Source of the DNA: Mobula hypostoma
Taxonomy: Eukaryota
Length of the DNA: 64,000 nt
Reading direction: 5' to 3'
Assembly: GCF_963921235.1 (NCBI RefSeq)
Contig: NC_086097.1
Span: 180,608,001-180,672,000 of the forward strand
The notes under the pieces: generated by a model
The model's database searches: none
Seen by the model: only the letters and a program-made list of their open reading frames with translations
Told to the model about the DNA's origin: nothing
Made by a program: the position numbers and the translations under genes
Shown here: positions 35,151 through 50,274 of the stretch, piece after piece
How the letters are laid out: each line of letters starts with the position of its first letter
Numbering within the stretch: the first letter of the stretch is position 1

Positions 35151-37649
35151 CATCTGTAGTGCACACTGACCCATGTAATATGAACATACACTGTCACTCA
35201 TTCTCACACAAACACTATCCCCATTCTGCCATGGAGACAGCCTCCAGCACACACTGCTGCACACAGCATCTTTCATTCGCACTTTCATGAACAAGATATA
35301 CACGCACACAATCCAACAGCATGTCTTGATACAAGAGACTGTGGGTGTTGAAGAGATTTGATACGTCAACAAAAACACTCAAACTTTATATAGGGACCAT
35401 TGAGAGCATTCCAACAGACTTCCTCACTGTCTGGTGTGGTGGGTGGGTGGGGTTGGTACTGCACAGGACTAAAAGCAGCTGCAGAGGGTCATAAATTTAG
35501 TCAGTTCCATCTTGGATACTAGCCTACATAGTACCCAGGACATCTTCAAGGAGCGGTATCTCAGAAAGGCAGCGTCCATTATTAAGGGCACTCAGGGCAT
35601 GCCCTTTTCTCACTGTTACCATCAGGTAGGAGGTACAGAAGCCTGAAGGCACACACTCAGCGATTCAGGAACAGCTTCTTCCCCTCTGCCATCCAATTCC
35701 TACATGGACATTGAACCCATGAACACTACCTCCCTTTTTTAATATATATTTCTGTTGTTGCACAATTTTTAATCTATTTAATATGCATACTGTAATTTTT
35801 TCTCTTTTTCTTCAATTTTATGTATTGCATTGAACTGCTGCTAAGTTAACAAATTTCATGACATTAGTGATAATAAACCTGATTCTGATTTTGTACCACA
35901 CTTTTGTACATTATTGCTCTACATTACAGCATTTGCAGCCTTGTGCCTGACACATTTATACATTCATTTAATAACATGGGACACACACTTCTGTACACTT
36001 ACAAACACATCCTGTCAGCCCACATCATGGGCCAAAGGGCCGATATTGTGTTGCACTGTTCTATCTTTACAGCAATACTCAGTCACACACTTCAGACATT
36101 ATGACATGCAGAAAGCTTCCTGCTCTCAGACATGCACAAAACCCAATAGACATGATGCATTCAAGCAGTCTTGCCCCTCTAACTCACAAAAACAAACACC
36201 GATATTAAAAAACACTTGTAACATTACTTGTTGCAGTAATGTATCAGGCCATCCCTGCAAGCTGCAATGTGTTGGTATTCAGAACCTATATCAATTTGTT
36301 TAAGATTCTGCCCCCAAACCATCTGATGATCCCAGCAACTAGAGAAGGAAGAGCCCATGAGAGCAATGGAAGAGAGCGTGAGGTCTGTGCATCTGCGTTC
36401 ATGAGCATTCTGACTGGCTACATCGTCTGGTATGGTGGGGGCTACTGCACAGGATCTAAGTAAACTGCAGAAAATTGTAGAATTAGCTCCATCATGGGTA
36501 CTAGCCTCCGTAGTATCCAAGACATCAAGGAGTGTTGTCCATCATTAAGGTCCCCCACCACCCAGGACATGCCCTCTTCTCATTGTTACCATCAGGAAGG
36601 AGATACAGAAGCCTGAAGGCACGCAGCTTCATTGTCCGCTTTTTACCCTCTGTCATCTGATTTCTAAATCAACATTGAACCCACGAACCTCACTACTTAT
36701 TTAATTTCTGTTTTTGCACTACTTATTTTAACCATTAAATATACATATACTTACAGTAATTTTTTCTGTATTATCATGTATTGCATTGTACTGCTAACAA
36801 ATCTGACAACATATGCCAGTGATATTAAACCTGATTCTGATGTGTGAGCAAATCTTCCTCCAGCTGTATGTATAAAAATAAAACTTGCAACAGTACAACA
36901 CAGGAACAGACCTTTTAACCCACAATATTCATGCTAACCATGATGCTATTTTAAACTGCATGTCTGCCTGCTCTTTATCCATATCCCACCATTCCCTGCA
37001 TCTTCATATACTGGTCTACTGTGTCATGAACATTGCCATCCTGTCTCCTTCCATTACCTATCCTGGCAACACATACCATGCTGTTAACATTCTGGTCTTC
37101 TGTACATTTTCCCACTCTCACTTGTGTCTCCAGTGTTTGATTATTTCCACTCTGGGGAAAGACTGACTGTGTGCACATTTATGTGTATATGCTAGCATGG
37201 GCACGAGGTTTGATGTTTCCAATTCAGGAATGCCTTGTACTTGTGGCTTATTAGTGCCTGGTAATTCTCATCAAACCAGTCCTGGTGCTTTCTGATGAAG
37301 AAGCAAACAGTTTAATGGAGGAGCAGTCCTTCCAGACACTACAGGGATCAACAGTTGCTTAGATGCATTGTCTAACTATCTCTAACTTTTATTATTGTCC
37401 ATAGTACAGAGGCAGTGCTTGTGTTGACCATACTCAGAAGTCAATCTTACTTAAGTGAATAAGAGAAAGGAAATTACACTCAACATCCACCAAACAGTCC
37501 TCTAGCAACCTGCTCCACTCTACAACACCAAATTGTATGGCATGCTTGCCTGCATTGGTTTGGGTATTGAGTATATAAGTCATGTTGCAGTTGTGGTTGA
37601 GCTATATTCTTTTGGTACTGTGCAGGAATTGGTTGTTGACTTCTGAAGG

Positions 37650-38395
37650 AGTAGCGGACCGCACGACCCAATTTACGTCGGTGGTGCGCAAGTGGAATAG
37701 GTCAAAAGCTTTAAGTTCCTCGGGGTCAATATCACAAATGACCAGACTTGGTCCAACCAAGCAGAGTCCACTGCCAAGAAGGCCCACCAGCACCTTTACT
37801 TCCTGAGAAAACTAAAGAAATTTGGCCTGTCCCCTAAAACACTCACTAATTTTTATAGATGCACCGTAGAAAGCATTCTTCTAGGGTGCACCACAACCTG
37901 GTATGGAAGTTGTCCTGTCCAAGACCGAAAGAAGCTGTAGAAGATCGTGAACACAGCCCAGCACATCACACAAACCAACCTTCCATCCTTGGATTCACTT
38001 TACACCGCATGCTGTCAGAGCAGTGCTGCCAGGATAATCAAGGACACGACCCACCCAGCCAACACACTTTCCGTCCCTCTTCCCTCCAGGAGAAGGCTCA
38101 GGAGCTTGAAGACTCGTACGGCTAGATTTGGGAACAGCTTCTTTCCAACTGTGATAAGTCTGCTGAAGGGATCCTGACCCGGATCTGGGCCGTACTCTCC
38201 AAATATCCGGACCTGCCTCTCAGTTTTTTTTGCACTACCTTACTTTCCATTTTTCTATTTTCTATTTATGATTTATAATTTAAATTTTTAATATTTACTA
38301 TCAGTTTGTAATCCGGGGAATGGGAAGCACAGAATCAAATATCGCTGTGATGATTGTACGTTCTAGTATCAATTGTTTGGTGATAATAAAGTTTA
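37650..38395 (+). mobile_element. Rex1/Babar 3' fragment (relatively young, CpG retained)
   Basis: VE.VKSFKFLGVNI..KKAHQHLYFLRKLKKF..FYRCTVESIL..PSRRRLRSLKTRTARFGNSFFPT. Similar fragments at ~35380-35890 and 36390-36840. Confidence 0.8.
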
Positions 38396-40099
38396 AAGCA
38401 CTGCTGGACGGCTGTTATAACGCGCAGTCAGTGTGAACGGCGTGGGAGTTAAATTGTAAAATAAGCTTTTTTGACTAGATCCCCTAAATCGATTTGATTG
38501 AGTCTATCTTTGTAGTGCTGTTGTGCAATTCTGATTGGCTCATTGCAAGAAGAATGTGGAGACTTTGGAGAGGGTAAATAAGAGGTTCACCAAGATTGAC
38601 AAGTGTATGACAGGTACAACGATAGGAAAGCTGTAGAGGGATGTGGGTCTGATGTGGGCACATGGAATTACGAGTGGTCAGCATCACAGCCAGCATGGAT
38701 GAGTTGGGCTGAAGGGCTGTCTCTGCTGTAGGATTGAGAATCTACAACAGGCCCATGAGAATACAAGGTCACCATTTCCTGAACTACCATACTATCCAAC
38801 ATCAGCACCTCTTCCCCAATAAATCAGACAATCTTTCTGCATTTCTCATTCAATTCTGAATGTTATTTATTGAATCCATATGTTCAAAGGCAGGGTCAGT
38901 GTTCTTGGCTACAAAATCTGCTGGTGGAAGTTTCCTTAAATACAGCTTAGAATCAGGTATCCATTTGAGAGAGAAAAATGGAGTCCAGAACATACTTGAG
39001 GGAAGAAGACATTGGGAAGCTGCTCTCTATAGGGGAACCTGGACATTTTACCCAAAAGCCAGCCAAGTTGGGATCAGTGTGTTTTCCAAGACCAAAGAAA
39101 GGCAGCAGAGGATGGGGTCAGAGTCTGCAGCCAATGTCCTGGAACAGTAGGATAGACAAGAGACTCAGACAACTGGTCAATATTGGTTCAAAGTGCACCT
39201 CTCCTGATCCATTCCTTATCAGCACAACTGCAATCAACACAAAGACACACTGATATTTAGGTGAGGGAGGGGCCTTCAGGTTATCTAGGATTTAAGTGAA
39301 GATCACTGGGTTAACAACTTCCATTTCATATCTCAGTCCAGCTGGAGCTCATTTTAGGTTTCATCTTAATTCCCCCAACATTGAGAGCAAAGCTTAATCA
39401 GCCATTCAGCCCATCAAATGTGTTCCACCATTCAATCTTGGCTGATTTTTGTAATTCCCATTGTGTCTTCTATCTGTATCCCTTGAACTCCCTCCCCAAA
39501 CAATCAAGAGCCTATCAATCTCTGCCTTAAATACACCCAGTGACAACTCCACAAGCCCTTTGTTTTAAAGAAACATCATTTTATTGAGGCTGTGCCACAT
39601 CCTCTACACGTTTACTCTATCCAGTCTCAATCTTTTGGCATTTCACCTTCTGTAGCCATTACAATGCTATCATTTTACAGATTAAGATATAGCAGGATCC
39701 CAGTAAGATGCCAACACTGGAGTTGTAGTAGCACCAGCTAGTGGAGCTGCCTCACAGCACAAGAGACCCAGTTTCAATCTTGATATCCAATGTTGTCCAC
39801 GTAGAGTTGGCATGTTCTCCATGAGTGGTCCAGTTTCCTCCCACATCCTAAGACACGGTTGGTGGGTTAACTGCCTCTGTAGATTTCCTCCACTATGGTT
39901 GAGGGGTAGAATCTGGGAAAATTGATCAGATGTGGGGAGAACATGCTAGGATGGGATTACTATAAACAGGTGTTTGGTAGTCAGCACAGACTGAAATAGC
40001 TGAAGGGCCCCATTTCCATGTTTTATACCATCTACTAAGTTTGACAGGTTCCTCTTCAGTAACACAATGAAGGCAATGATGAAAATATTGCTTTCAATG

Positions 40100-43000
40100 G
40101 TGTCTCACTGGGTTCACTGTACAAACATCCATGGAGTAACTGACCAAGGAAAGTATCCTCATGACTATTGTCCAGTAGTACTTGTAGACTTGGATCTGTT
40201 CCATTTTGCCTACTGGCACAAGTCCACAGCAGATGCAATTTCATTGCTTCTTCACTCAAACCTGGAACAGCAAAGTGACATACATAGAAACATAGAAAAT
40301 AGGTGCAGGAGTAGGCCATTCGGCCCTTCGAGCCTGCACCGCCATTTATTATGATCATGGCTGATCATCCAACTCAGAACCCAGCCTTCCCTCCATACCC
40401 CCTGACCCCTGTAGCCACAAGGGCCATATCTAACTTCCTTTTAAACATAGCTAATGAACTGGCCTCAACAGTTTGCTGTGGCAGAGAATTCCACAGATTC
40501 ACCACTCTCTGTGTGAAGAAGTTTTTCCTAACCTCGGTCCTAAAAGGCTTCCCCTCTATCCTCAAACTGTGACCCCTCGTTCTAGACCTCCCCAACATCG
40601 GGAACAATCTTCCTGCATCTAGCCTGTCCAATCCCTTTAGGATCTTATACGTTTCAATCAGATCCCCCCTCAATCTTCTAAATTCCAACGAGTACAAGCC
40701 CAGTTCATCCAGTCTTTCTTCATATGAAAGACCTGCCATCCCAGGAATCAATCTGGTGAACCTTCTTTGTACTCCCTCTATGGCAAAGATGTCTTTCCTC
40801 AGATTAGGGGACCAAAACTGCACACAATACTCCAGGTGTGGTCTCACCAAGGCCTTGTACAACTGCAGTAGTACCTCCCTGCTCCTGTACTCGAATCCTC
40901 TCGCTATAAATGCCAGCATACCGTTCGCCTTTTTCACCGCCTGCTGTACCTGCATGCCCACTTTCAATGACTGGTGTATAATGACACCCAGGTCTCGTTG
41001 CACCTCCCCTTTTCCTAATCGGCCACCATTCAGATAATAATCTGTTTTCCTATTTTTGCCACCAAAGTGGATAACTTCACATTTATCCACATTAAATTGC
41101 ATCTGCCATGAGTTTGCCCACTCACCCAACCTATCCAAGTCACCCTGCATCCTCTTAGCATCCTCCTCACTGCTAACACTGCCACCCAGCTTCGTGTCAT
41201 CTGCAAACTTGGAGATGCTGCATTTAATTCCCTCATCCAAGTCATTAATATATATTGTAAACAACTGGGGTCCCAGCACTGAGCCTTGCGGTACCCCACT
41301 AGTCACCGCCTGCCATTCTGAAAAGGTCCCGTTTATTCCCACTCTTTGCTTCCTGTCTGCTAACCAATTCTCCACCCACACCAATACCTTACCCCCAATA
41401 CCGTGTGCTTTAAGTTTGCACACTAATCTCCTATGTGGGACCTTGTCAAAAGCCTTTTGAAAATCCAAATATACCACATCCACTGGTTCTCCCCTATCCA
41501 CTCTACTAGTTACATCCTCAAAAAATTCTATGAGATTCGTCAGACATGATTTTCCTTTCACAAATCCATGCTGACTTTGTCCGATCATTTCACCGCTTTC
41601 CAAATGTGCTGTTATCACATCCTTGATAACTGACTCCAGCAGTTTCCCCACCACCGACGTTAGGCTAACCGGCCTATAATTCCCCGGTTTCTCTCTCCCT
41701 CCTTTTTTAAAAAGTGGGGTTACATTAGCCACCCTCCAATCCTCAGGAACTAGTCCAGAATCTAACGAGTTTTGAAAAATTATCACTAATGCATCCACTA
41801 TTTCTTGGGCCACTTCCTTAAGCACTCTGGGATGCAGACCATCTGGCCCTGGGGATTTATCTGCCTTCAATCCCTTCAATTTACCTAACACCACTTCCCT
41901 ACTAACATGTATTTCACTCAGTTCCTCCATCTCACTGGACCCTCTGTCCCTTACTATTTCTGGAAGATTATTTATGTCCTCCTTAGTGAAGACAGAACCA
42001 AAGTAATTATTCAATTGGTCTGCCATGTCCTTGCTCCCCATAATCAATTCACCTGTTTCTGTTTGCAGGGGACCTACATTTGTCTTTATCAGTCTTTTCC
42101 TTTTTACATATCTATAAAAGCTTTTACAGTCCGTTTTTATGTTCTCTGCCAGTTTTCTCTCATAATCTTTTTTCCCCTTCCTAATTAAGCCCTTTGTCCT
42201 CCTCTGCTGAACTCTGAATTTCTCCCAGTCCTCAGGTGAGCCACTTTCTCTGGCTAATTTGTATGCTACTTCTTTGGAATTGATACTATCCCTAATTTCT
42301 CTTGTCAGCCACGGGTGCACTACCTTCCTTGATTTATTCTTTTGCCAAACTGGGATGAACAATTGTTGTAGTTCATCCATGCAACCTTTAAATGCCTGCC
42401 ATACATCAGGATGCACTTTGACTGTAGCTTGGCATTCATCTTTTCAAAACTAATCAATAAGCTTCAGCATTTTGCCTGAATACATCCTGGATCCTTGATT
42501 TCCTCACTTTCAGAGCCCAGTTTGGATTGTCAGCATCTCCACAGTCTCCACAAGGTGCACTACAAGGCTGTGTACTTAAGCTCCTACTCCACTTGCTTTA
42601 CACTTATGACTGTGGCTAAGCACAGCTCCAATGCCATATTTAAATTTGCCAATGACACCACTGTCATTGGCCAAATCAATGGTGGTGACAAATCAGCATA
42701 TAGGGGGAGATTGAAAATCTGGCTGAGTCATGCTACAACAACCTCTCACTCAGTGTCTGCAAAACCAAGGAGCTAGTTGTCTTCAGCAGGAAACTAGAGG
42801 TCCATAAGCCAGTCCTCATCAGGAGATCAGAGGTGGAGAGGGTCAGCAACTTTAAATTCCTTGGTGTTATTTCAGAGGACCCATCCTGGACCCAGCACAA
42901 GTGCAATTATGAAGATAGCACAGCAGCACCTCTACTCCCTTAGAAATTTGTGAAGATCAGGCATGACATCCATTACCTTGACAAACTTCTATAGATGTTG

Positions 43001-43480
43001 AGTGGAGTACATTGACTTGTTGGATCACAGCCTGGTATGGAAACACTAATGCCCTTGAACAGAAAATCCTACAAAAAGTAGTGGATACGGCTCAGTCCAT
43101 CACGGGTAAAGCACTCACCACTACTGAGCACATTTACATGGAGAGCTGTTGCAGGAAAGCAGCATCCATCATCGGGGTCTCCACCATCCAGGTTATGCTC
43201 CTTGCACTGCTGCTATCAGGAAAATGGTACAGAAGCCTTACAACCCACAACAACAGGTTCAGGAACAGTTATTCCACTGAGGATAACTTCACTCAACCCC
43301 ATCATTATACTGTTCCCACAACCTAGGGACTCGCTTTCAAGGACTCCATCTCATGTTCTCGATATTTATTGCTTTTTTCCTTTTATATTTGCAGTTTGTC
43401 ATTTTTTGCCCATCCTGTTGGGCGTGGTTTTTCACTGTGACATATGCTGTACATGGTGACATATGTACTTTGAACTTTTG
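40100..43480 (+). mobile_element. Rex1/Babar LINE split by the young CR1
   Basis: FHFAYWHKSTADAISL before the CR1; FKFANDTTV and ITAWYGN after it. Confidence 0.75.
40286..42399 (-). mobile_element. Young 5'-truncated CR1 with uninterrupted ORF2 RT/C-terminal region (~675 codons)
   Basis: ORF 40374-42416 has all RT motifs (QHGF, DFQKAFDKVPH, GVPQGSVLGP, FADDTK); (TTTCTATG)n tail; 7-bp TSD CATACAT (40279-40285, 42400-42406). Confidence 0.95.
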
Positions 43481-44899
43481 AGATTTCCTTCCTGACAGGA
43501 GTGAAGGAGGTTTATAGCTGGTTTGTTACTCACCCCAGCTTTATTCTCCAGACTGATCTAGCAAATTCCCTCACTTCCTTCACAGCCCTGACACTACCCA
43601 AGGGAATGTGAAACTTTACTGCATTCACTGCTCAAAGCTTCCAGGAAATGATCAAAAGGATCAAAATGATCAATGAACCCCAAAAACACAAGACCATAAG
43701 ACATAGGAATATAATTGGGACATTTGCTCATCACATCTGCTCTGCTATTTGATCATGGCTGATTTCTCAACCCCATTTTCCTGCCTGTAACCTTTGACCC
43801 AATTACTAATTAAGTACCTTCCAACTTCTGTTTTAAATATATCTAATGACCTGGCCTCCACAGCCACCTGTGACAATGAATTCCACAGATTAACCACTAT
43901 GGCTAAAGTTGTTCCTCATTTCTGTTCTAAAGGAACATCCTTTTACTATGAGGCTGTGCTGTCTGGCCCTAAACTCTCCCATTATAGGAAACATCCTCTC
44001 CACATCCATTATCTGGGTCTTTTAATATTCAATGGACCTGAATGAGATCCCCTCATTCTTCTGAATTCCAGTGAGTATAGGCCCAGAGCCAAACACTCCT
44101 CACATTAACCTTTCATTCCAGATTATTCTTGTAAATCTCCTCTGGACCCACTCCAATGGCAGCACATCTTTTCTTACAGGGGCCCAAAACTGCTCACAAT
44201 ACTCCAAATGTGATCTGATCCATGTCTTAAAGCCTCAGCATTACATCTTTGCTTTTACATTCTAGTCCTCAAAATGCATTTGCCTTCCTTACCACATGGA
44301 AGTTAACTTTTAGGGAATCCTTCACAAGGACTTCCAAGTCTCTCTGCACCCCTGATTTCTGAATTTGCACCCCATTTAGAAAATAGTCCTCATCTTTATT
44401 CCTTCGACCAAAGTACACAACCATACACTTCCCTACACTATATTCCATCTACAAGAGAAAGTCTGCAGATGCTGGGAATCCAAAGCAACACAAAATGCTG
44501 GAGGAACTCAGCAGATCGTGTAGCATCTATGGAAATGAATAAAGAGTTGATGTTTTGGGCGGAAACCCTTATTTAAGACTAAGGTGGGAGGGAAGGCACC
44601 AGAATAAAAGGGTGGGGGAAAAGGAAGGAGGCAGACTGAAAGGTGCTTTTTCTATTTGCTGCTGGGTTTATTTTTTGCCCATTCTCCTAATCTGTTCAAG
44701 TCCTTCAGCAGACTGCTTCCTCGACACTATCTGCCTCCTCCACCTATTTTTGTATCTTCCGCAGATTTGGCCACAGGCCCTCACTTACCTGTTGGACTGG
44801 AAGTAGCCACTCAGCACATCCCACTTGCATACATGAAGCATCCTATCTTGATGCACCCCAGCTTGGCACAGCAACTGCTTATACCAAGACCACAAGACC

Positions 44900-47800
44900 G
44901 GGTGTGGGGGGAGGGGGGGAGGGGACGAACTTGAAACACAAGGATGGAGATAAAGGGAAAGTGAGAATAAGAAAAGTTAAGAAAGACAGCAGAATCAACA
45001 GAGCAGAAAGCTCAAGAAGGGATCATACAGGATGGCCAAGTGAAATAGGAATTGACATGGGAGGACAGGGGAGTAATGAATTAAAAGTATTGTATATGAA
45101 TGCACGGAGTATAAGAAATAAAGTGGATGAGCTTGAGGCACAGTTGGAAATTTGGTAACTATGATGTTGTGGGAATAACAGAGACACGGCTTCAAGTGGA
45201 CAGGGCCTGGGAAATGAATATTCAAGGCTTTACTGTACATCCTATTGAAAGGACAGACTGATGGGCAGAGGGGGTGGGGTGGCTCTGTTGGTGAGGAATG
45301 ATATTCAGTCCCTTGCGAGGGGGGACATAGAATCAGGAGACAGAGTCAGTATGGATAGAACTGAGAAATTCTAAAGGTAGAAAGACCCGAATGGGAGTTA
45401 TCTACAGGCCCCCAAACAGTAGTCTGGATGTAGGGTGTAAGTTGAATCAAGAGTTAAAATTGGCATGTTGCAAAGGTAATGCTACAGTTGTTATGGGGGA
45501 CTTCAACATGCAGGTAGACTGGAGGACTCAGGTTGGTACTGGACCCCAAGAAAGGGAGTTTGTGGAGTCCCTCTGAGATGAATTCTTAGAACAGCTTGTA
45601 CTGGAGCCTACCAGAGAGAACGCAATTCTAGATTTAGTATTGTGCAATGAACCGGATTTGATCAGGGACCTCGAGGTAAAGGAGCCATTAGGAGGTAGTG
45701 ACCATAATATGATAAGTTTTAATCTACAATTTGAGAGGGAGAAGGGAAACTCGGAAGTGTCAGTATTACAGTTGAACAAAGGGAACTATGGTGCTATGAG
45801 GGAGTAGCTGGCCAAAGTTCAATGGAACAATACCCTAGCAGGGATGACAGTGGAACAGCAATGGCAAGTGTTTCTGGGAATAATGCGGAAGGTGCAGGAT
45901 CAGTTTGTTCCGAAGAGGAAGAAAGATCCTAAGGGGAGGCCGTGGCTGACAAGGGAAGTAATGGACAGTATAAAAATAAAAGAGTAGTATAACATAGCAA
46001 AGACGAGTGGGAAGCTGGAGGATTGGGAAACTTTTAAAGAGCAACAGAAGTAACTAAAAAGGCAATACGTGGAGAAAAAATGAGGTAGAAAGGTAAACTA
46101 GCCAATAATATAAAGAAGGATAGTAAAAGCTTCTGTAGGTATGTGAAAAGGAAAAAAATAGTTAAGACCAAAATTGGGCCCTTGAAGACAGAAGCGGGTG
46201 AATTTATTATGGGGAACAAGGAAATGGCAGACGAGTTGAACAGGTACTTTGGATCTGTCTTCACTAGGGAAGACAGACAATCTCCCAGATGTAATAGTGA
46301 CCAAAGGACCTAGGGTAATGGATGAACTGAAGGAAATTTATATCAGGCAGGAAATCGTGTTGGATAGGCTGTTAAGTCCCCAGGACCTGATGGTCTGCAT
46401 CCCAGGGTACTTAAGGAGGTGGCTTTAGAAATCGTGGACACATTGGTCATCATTTTCCAATGTTCTATAGATTCAAGATCAGTTCCTGTGGATTGGAGGG
46501 TGGCTAATATTGTCCCTCTCTTCAAGAAGGGAGGAAGAGAGAAAACAGGGAATTATATACCGGTTAGCCTGATGTCGGTGGTGGGAGAGATGCTGGAGTC
46601 AATTGTAAAAAATGAGATTATGACACATCTGGATAGCAGTAACAGGCTCGGTCCAAGTCAGCATGGATTTACAAAAGGGAAATCGTGCTTGACTAATCTT
46701 CTGGAATTTTTTTTGAGGATGGAACTATGAAAATGGACAAGAGAGAGCCAGTGGATGTAGTGTACCTGGACTTTCAAAACGCCTTTGATAAAGTCCCACA
46801 TAGGAGATTAGTGGGCAAAATTAGGACACATGGTATTGGGGGCAGAGTACTGACATGGATTGAAAATTGGCTGGCTGACAGAAAACAAAGAGTAGCGATT
46901 AACAGCTCCCTTTTGGAATGGCAGGCGGTGACCAGTGGGGTACCGCAGGGTTCAGTGCTGGGACCGCAGCTGTTTACAATATATAATGATTTAGATGAGG
47001 GAATTAAAAGTAACATTAGCAAATCTGCCAATGACACAAAGTGTGAAATGTAAGGAGGATGTTATGAGACTGCAGGGTGACTTGGACAGGCTGAGTGAGT
47101 AGGCAGATGCAGTTTAATGTGGATAAATGTGAGGTTATCCACTTTGGTGGTAAAAACAGGAAGGCAGATTATTATCTAAATGGAGTCAAGTTAGGAAAAG
47201 GGGAAGCACAACGAGATCTAGGTGTTCTTGTACATCAGTCACTGAAAGCAAGCATGCAAGTACAGCGGGCAGTGAAGAAAGCTAATGGCATGCTGGCCTT
47301 CATAACAAGAGGAATTGAGTACAAGAGCAAAGAGGTCCTTCTGCAGCTGTGCAGGACCCTGGTGAGACCACACCTGGAGTACTGTGTGCAGTTTTGGTCT
47401 CCAAATTTGAGGAAGGACATTCTTGCTATTGAGGGAGTGCAGCATAGGTTCACAAGGTTAATTCCCAGGATGGCGGGACTGTCATATGTCAAAAGATTGG
47501 AGCGACTGGGCTTGTATACTCTGGAATTTAGAAGGCTAAGAGGGGATCTTATTGAAACATTTAAGATTATTAAGGGATTGGACACACTGGAGGCAGGAAG
47601 CATGTTCCTGCTGATGGGTGAGTCCAGAACTGGAGGCCACAGTTTAAGAATTAGGGGTAGGCCATTTAGGACAGAGTTGAGGAAAAACTTTTTCACCCAG
47701 AGAGTGGTGGATATATGGAATGCTCTGCCCCAGAAGGCTGTGGAAGCCAAGTCTCTGGATGCTTTCAAGAGAGAGATGGATAGAGCTCTTAAAGATAGTG

Positions 47801-47925
47801 GAATCAAAGGTTATGGGGATAAGGCAGGAAGTGGATACTGATTGTGGATGATCAGCCATGATCATAGTGAATGGCGGTGCTGGCTCGAAGGGCTGAATGG
47901 CCTACTGCTGCACCTATTGTCTAAA
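44900..47925 (+). mobile_element. Near-complete CR1 ORF2 (APE endonuclease + RT), pseudogenised
   Basis: LKVLYMNARSIRNKVDEL, GVIYRPPNS, VMGDFN, GGSDH, RT motifs; several stops and frameshifts; CR1 3' tail. Confidence 0.92.
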
Positions 47926-48692
47926 TTGCAGAGTTGTGAACACAGCTCAGTCCATCACGCAAACCAGCCTCCCCTCCTTTGCCTGCATTCCTGATGCTTC
48001 AGAAAAACAGCAAAAATAATCAAGGACCCCTTCCACAACAGCCATTCTGTCTCCTCTCAACTTCCATTCAGCAGAAGCTTGAACATGCAGCACCAGGTCA
48101 ATGACAGCTCCTATTTTCTGTTAGACTCTTGAAGATGAGCAACACACAAAATGCTGGAGGAACTCAGTAGGCCAGGCAGCACCTATTGGAAAAGAGTAAA
48201 CAGTTAGCGTTTTGGGCTGAAACCTTTCGGCAAGACTGGAGATGAGCTCCTGATCTCCCAATCTACCTCATCATGGCATTTGCAGTTTGTCTAGCTACTC
48301 TGTACTTTCCTGCAACTTTTAACACTATTCTACATATTTATATTCAGAAATACAGCATGGTAACCAGCCCTTCTGACCTATTGAGCCCATGCCACCTGGT
48401 TACATCCAAGTGACCAATTAACCTACTAATCTGTAGGTCTTTAGAATGTGGGAGGAAACCCACACAATCATGAGGACAATGTGCAGATTCCTTACAGACA
48501 GCAGAACTGAACCCAGGTCACTGGCAATGCAGTAGCATTATGCCAGCCCTACCGTGCTGTTTCTCTTTGATCTCGATGAATTTGTGTATGGAGTTATCTG
48601 TCTGGATGGCACACAAAAGCTTTTCAGTGCATCACAGTACGTGTGACAATAATAAACCAATTCTACACAGCATTCTGCAGCAACATTTTGCC

Positions 48693-48698
48693 TTTATT
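48693..48698 (-). terminator. Polyadenylation signal AATAAA of the H2B variant
   Basis: Plus-strand tttatt at 48693-48698, 23 nt after the stop codon; no canonical histone stem-loop. Confidence 0.7.
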
Positions 48699-48721
48699 GA
48701 GGTACACACCCTAAAGGCCCT

Positions 48722-49027
<306 letters not shown>

Positions 49028-50274
49028 TCAGGAAAAGCAGCACCCATCACTAAGGAACTTCACCATCCAGGACATGCCCTCTCCTCATTACTACCATCAG
49101 TGAGGTGGGACAGGAGCCTGACCCTCAATGTTTTAGGATCAACCTTGTCCCCACTGCCATCAAATTTCTGAATGGTCCATGAATACTATCTCACGATTTT
49201 ACTCTGTGCAATTTATTTTATATTCCTATTGTAATTTACAATAATGTATTACTTGCTGTACTGCCTTCTCAAAACAAATTTCATGATGATTCTGATTTTC
49301 CATTAAACTGCATAGCCACCATTTCAACCTCATCCTCCCTATCCTTGTCTGATGTTAAGATCAGATCCCTGTGATACAGGGTCACAATCCAGTATTCCAA
49401 CCATACTATGCCTGCACAAATACTGCTCAACCTGCCAAGTTCCTTCAAGTAGTTATTGTTCCAGATTCCAGCATCTACAGCCTCTAGGTGTCCCCTTGAC
49501 CAGTGTTTGACTGCTCCCTCTCTCCAGGCTCTGTTCTCCATCTGTCTAATAAGTCCCAATGTACCTAGTGTTTTAAACAAATGCAGGTTGTTGAAGGATA
49601 CCAAATATTCCAGCATCCACTCCGCAGCCCATCGTGGCATTAAAAACAAATCTCATCCGTTCTGGGAGAGTCAGGACACATCATGCTACACCTGCTCTTG
49701 TCTAGTGTTGGCCAGGTACAGGCAGTAGATGAGGACAATACCAGTAACATTCACCCTCAATAACCTCAAGGTGGTTGTGAGCTGCTGTACTTCTGAAGAA
49801 GGCACACTCAGCATTTGACCCGGTATCACTTTCCTAAATCAGGATAGTCAGGGACTTGGATGGAAACATTGTCTGGTGGTGCTCCCCTTGTCCTAGGTGG
49901 TAGGGGTGATGAGTTTAGTGCTATCAGTAACCTGGGCAAGTAACAACAACATCTTCAGTTAGGAACAGAACAAAATTGCGGGCCACTAGAAGAACCCCGG
50001 GGTCATTCAAACCCTCTGATCATAGAAACTCATCACACTACAAAGCTTGAACTCCACCATGCCCAGCTGTGAAAGGAGAGGGAGTGATGGGCTTAGGTAC
50101 ATTACAGACTTCATGTTGGCCACTGCAGGGATGCAAACAATATATGAAATGTTCCTATTCAAATTTTCAGCATCAACACCAGAAGCCTTGAAGGACAACT
50201 TAGTAAAGGACAATTTGATGCAGGTTAAGGCCCTCAGCCCACAGTGGGAGAGAGTACAGACTCATCTTAGTTAC

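Noticed and set aside
40374..42416. 680-aa ORF as a host or domesticated gene
   Set aside because: It is a 5'-truncated CR1 ORF2 with tail and TSD; its first codons come from the flanking Rex1 and start with GTG.
48706..48721. GGGCCTTTAGGGT just after the H2B stop as a histone stem-loop
   Set aside because: It cannot form the 6-bp stem/4-nt loop consensus and lacks flanking elements; at most a vestige.
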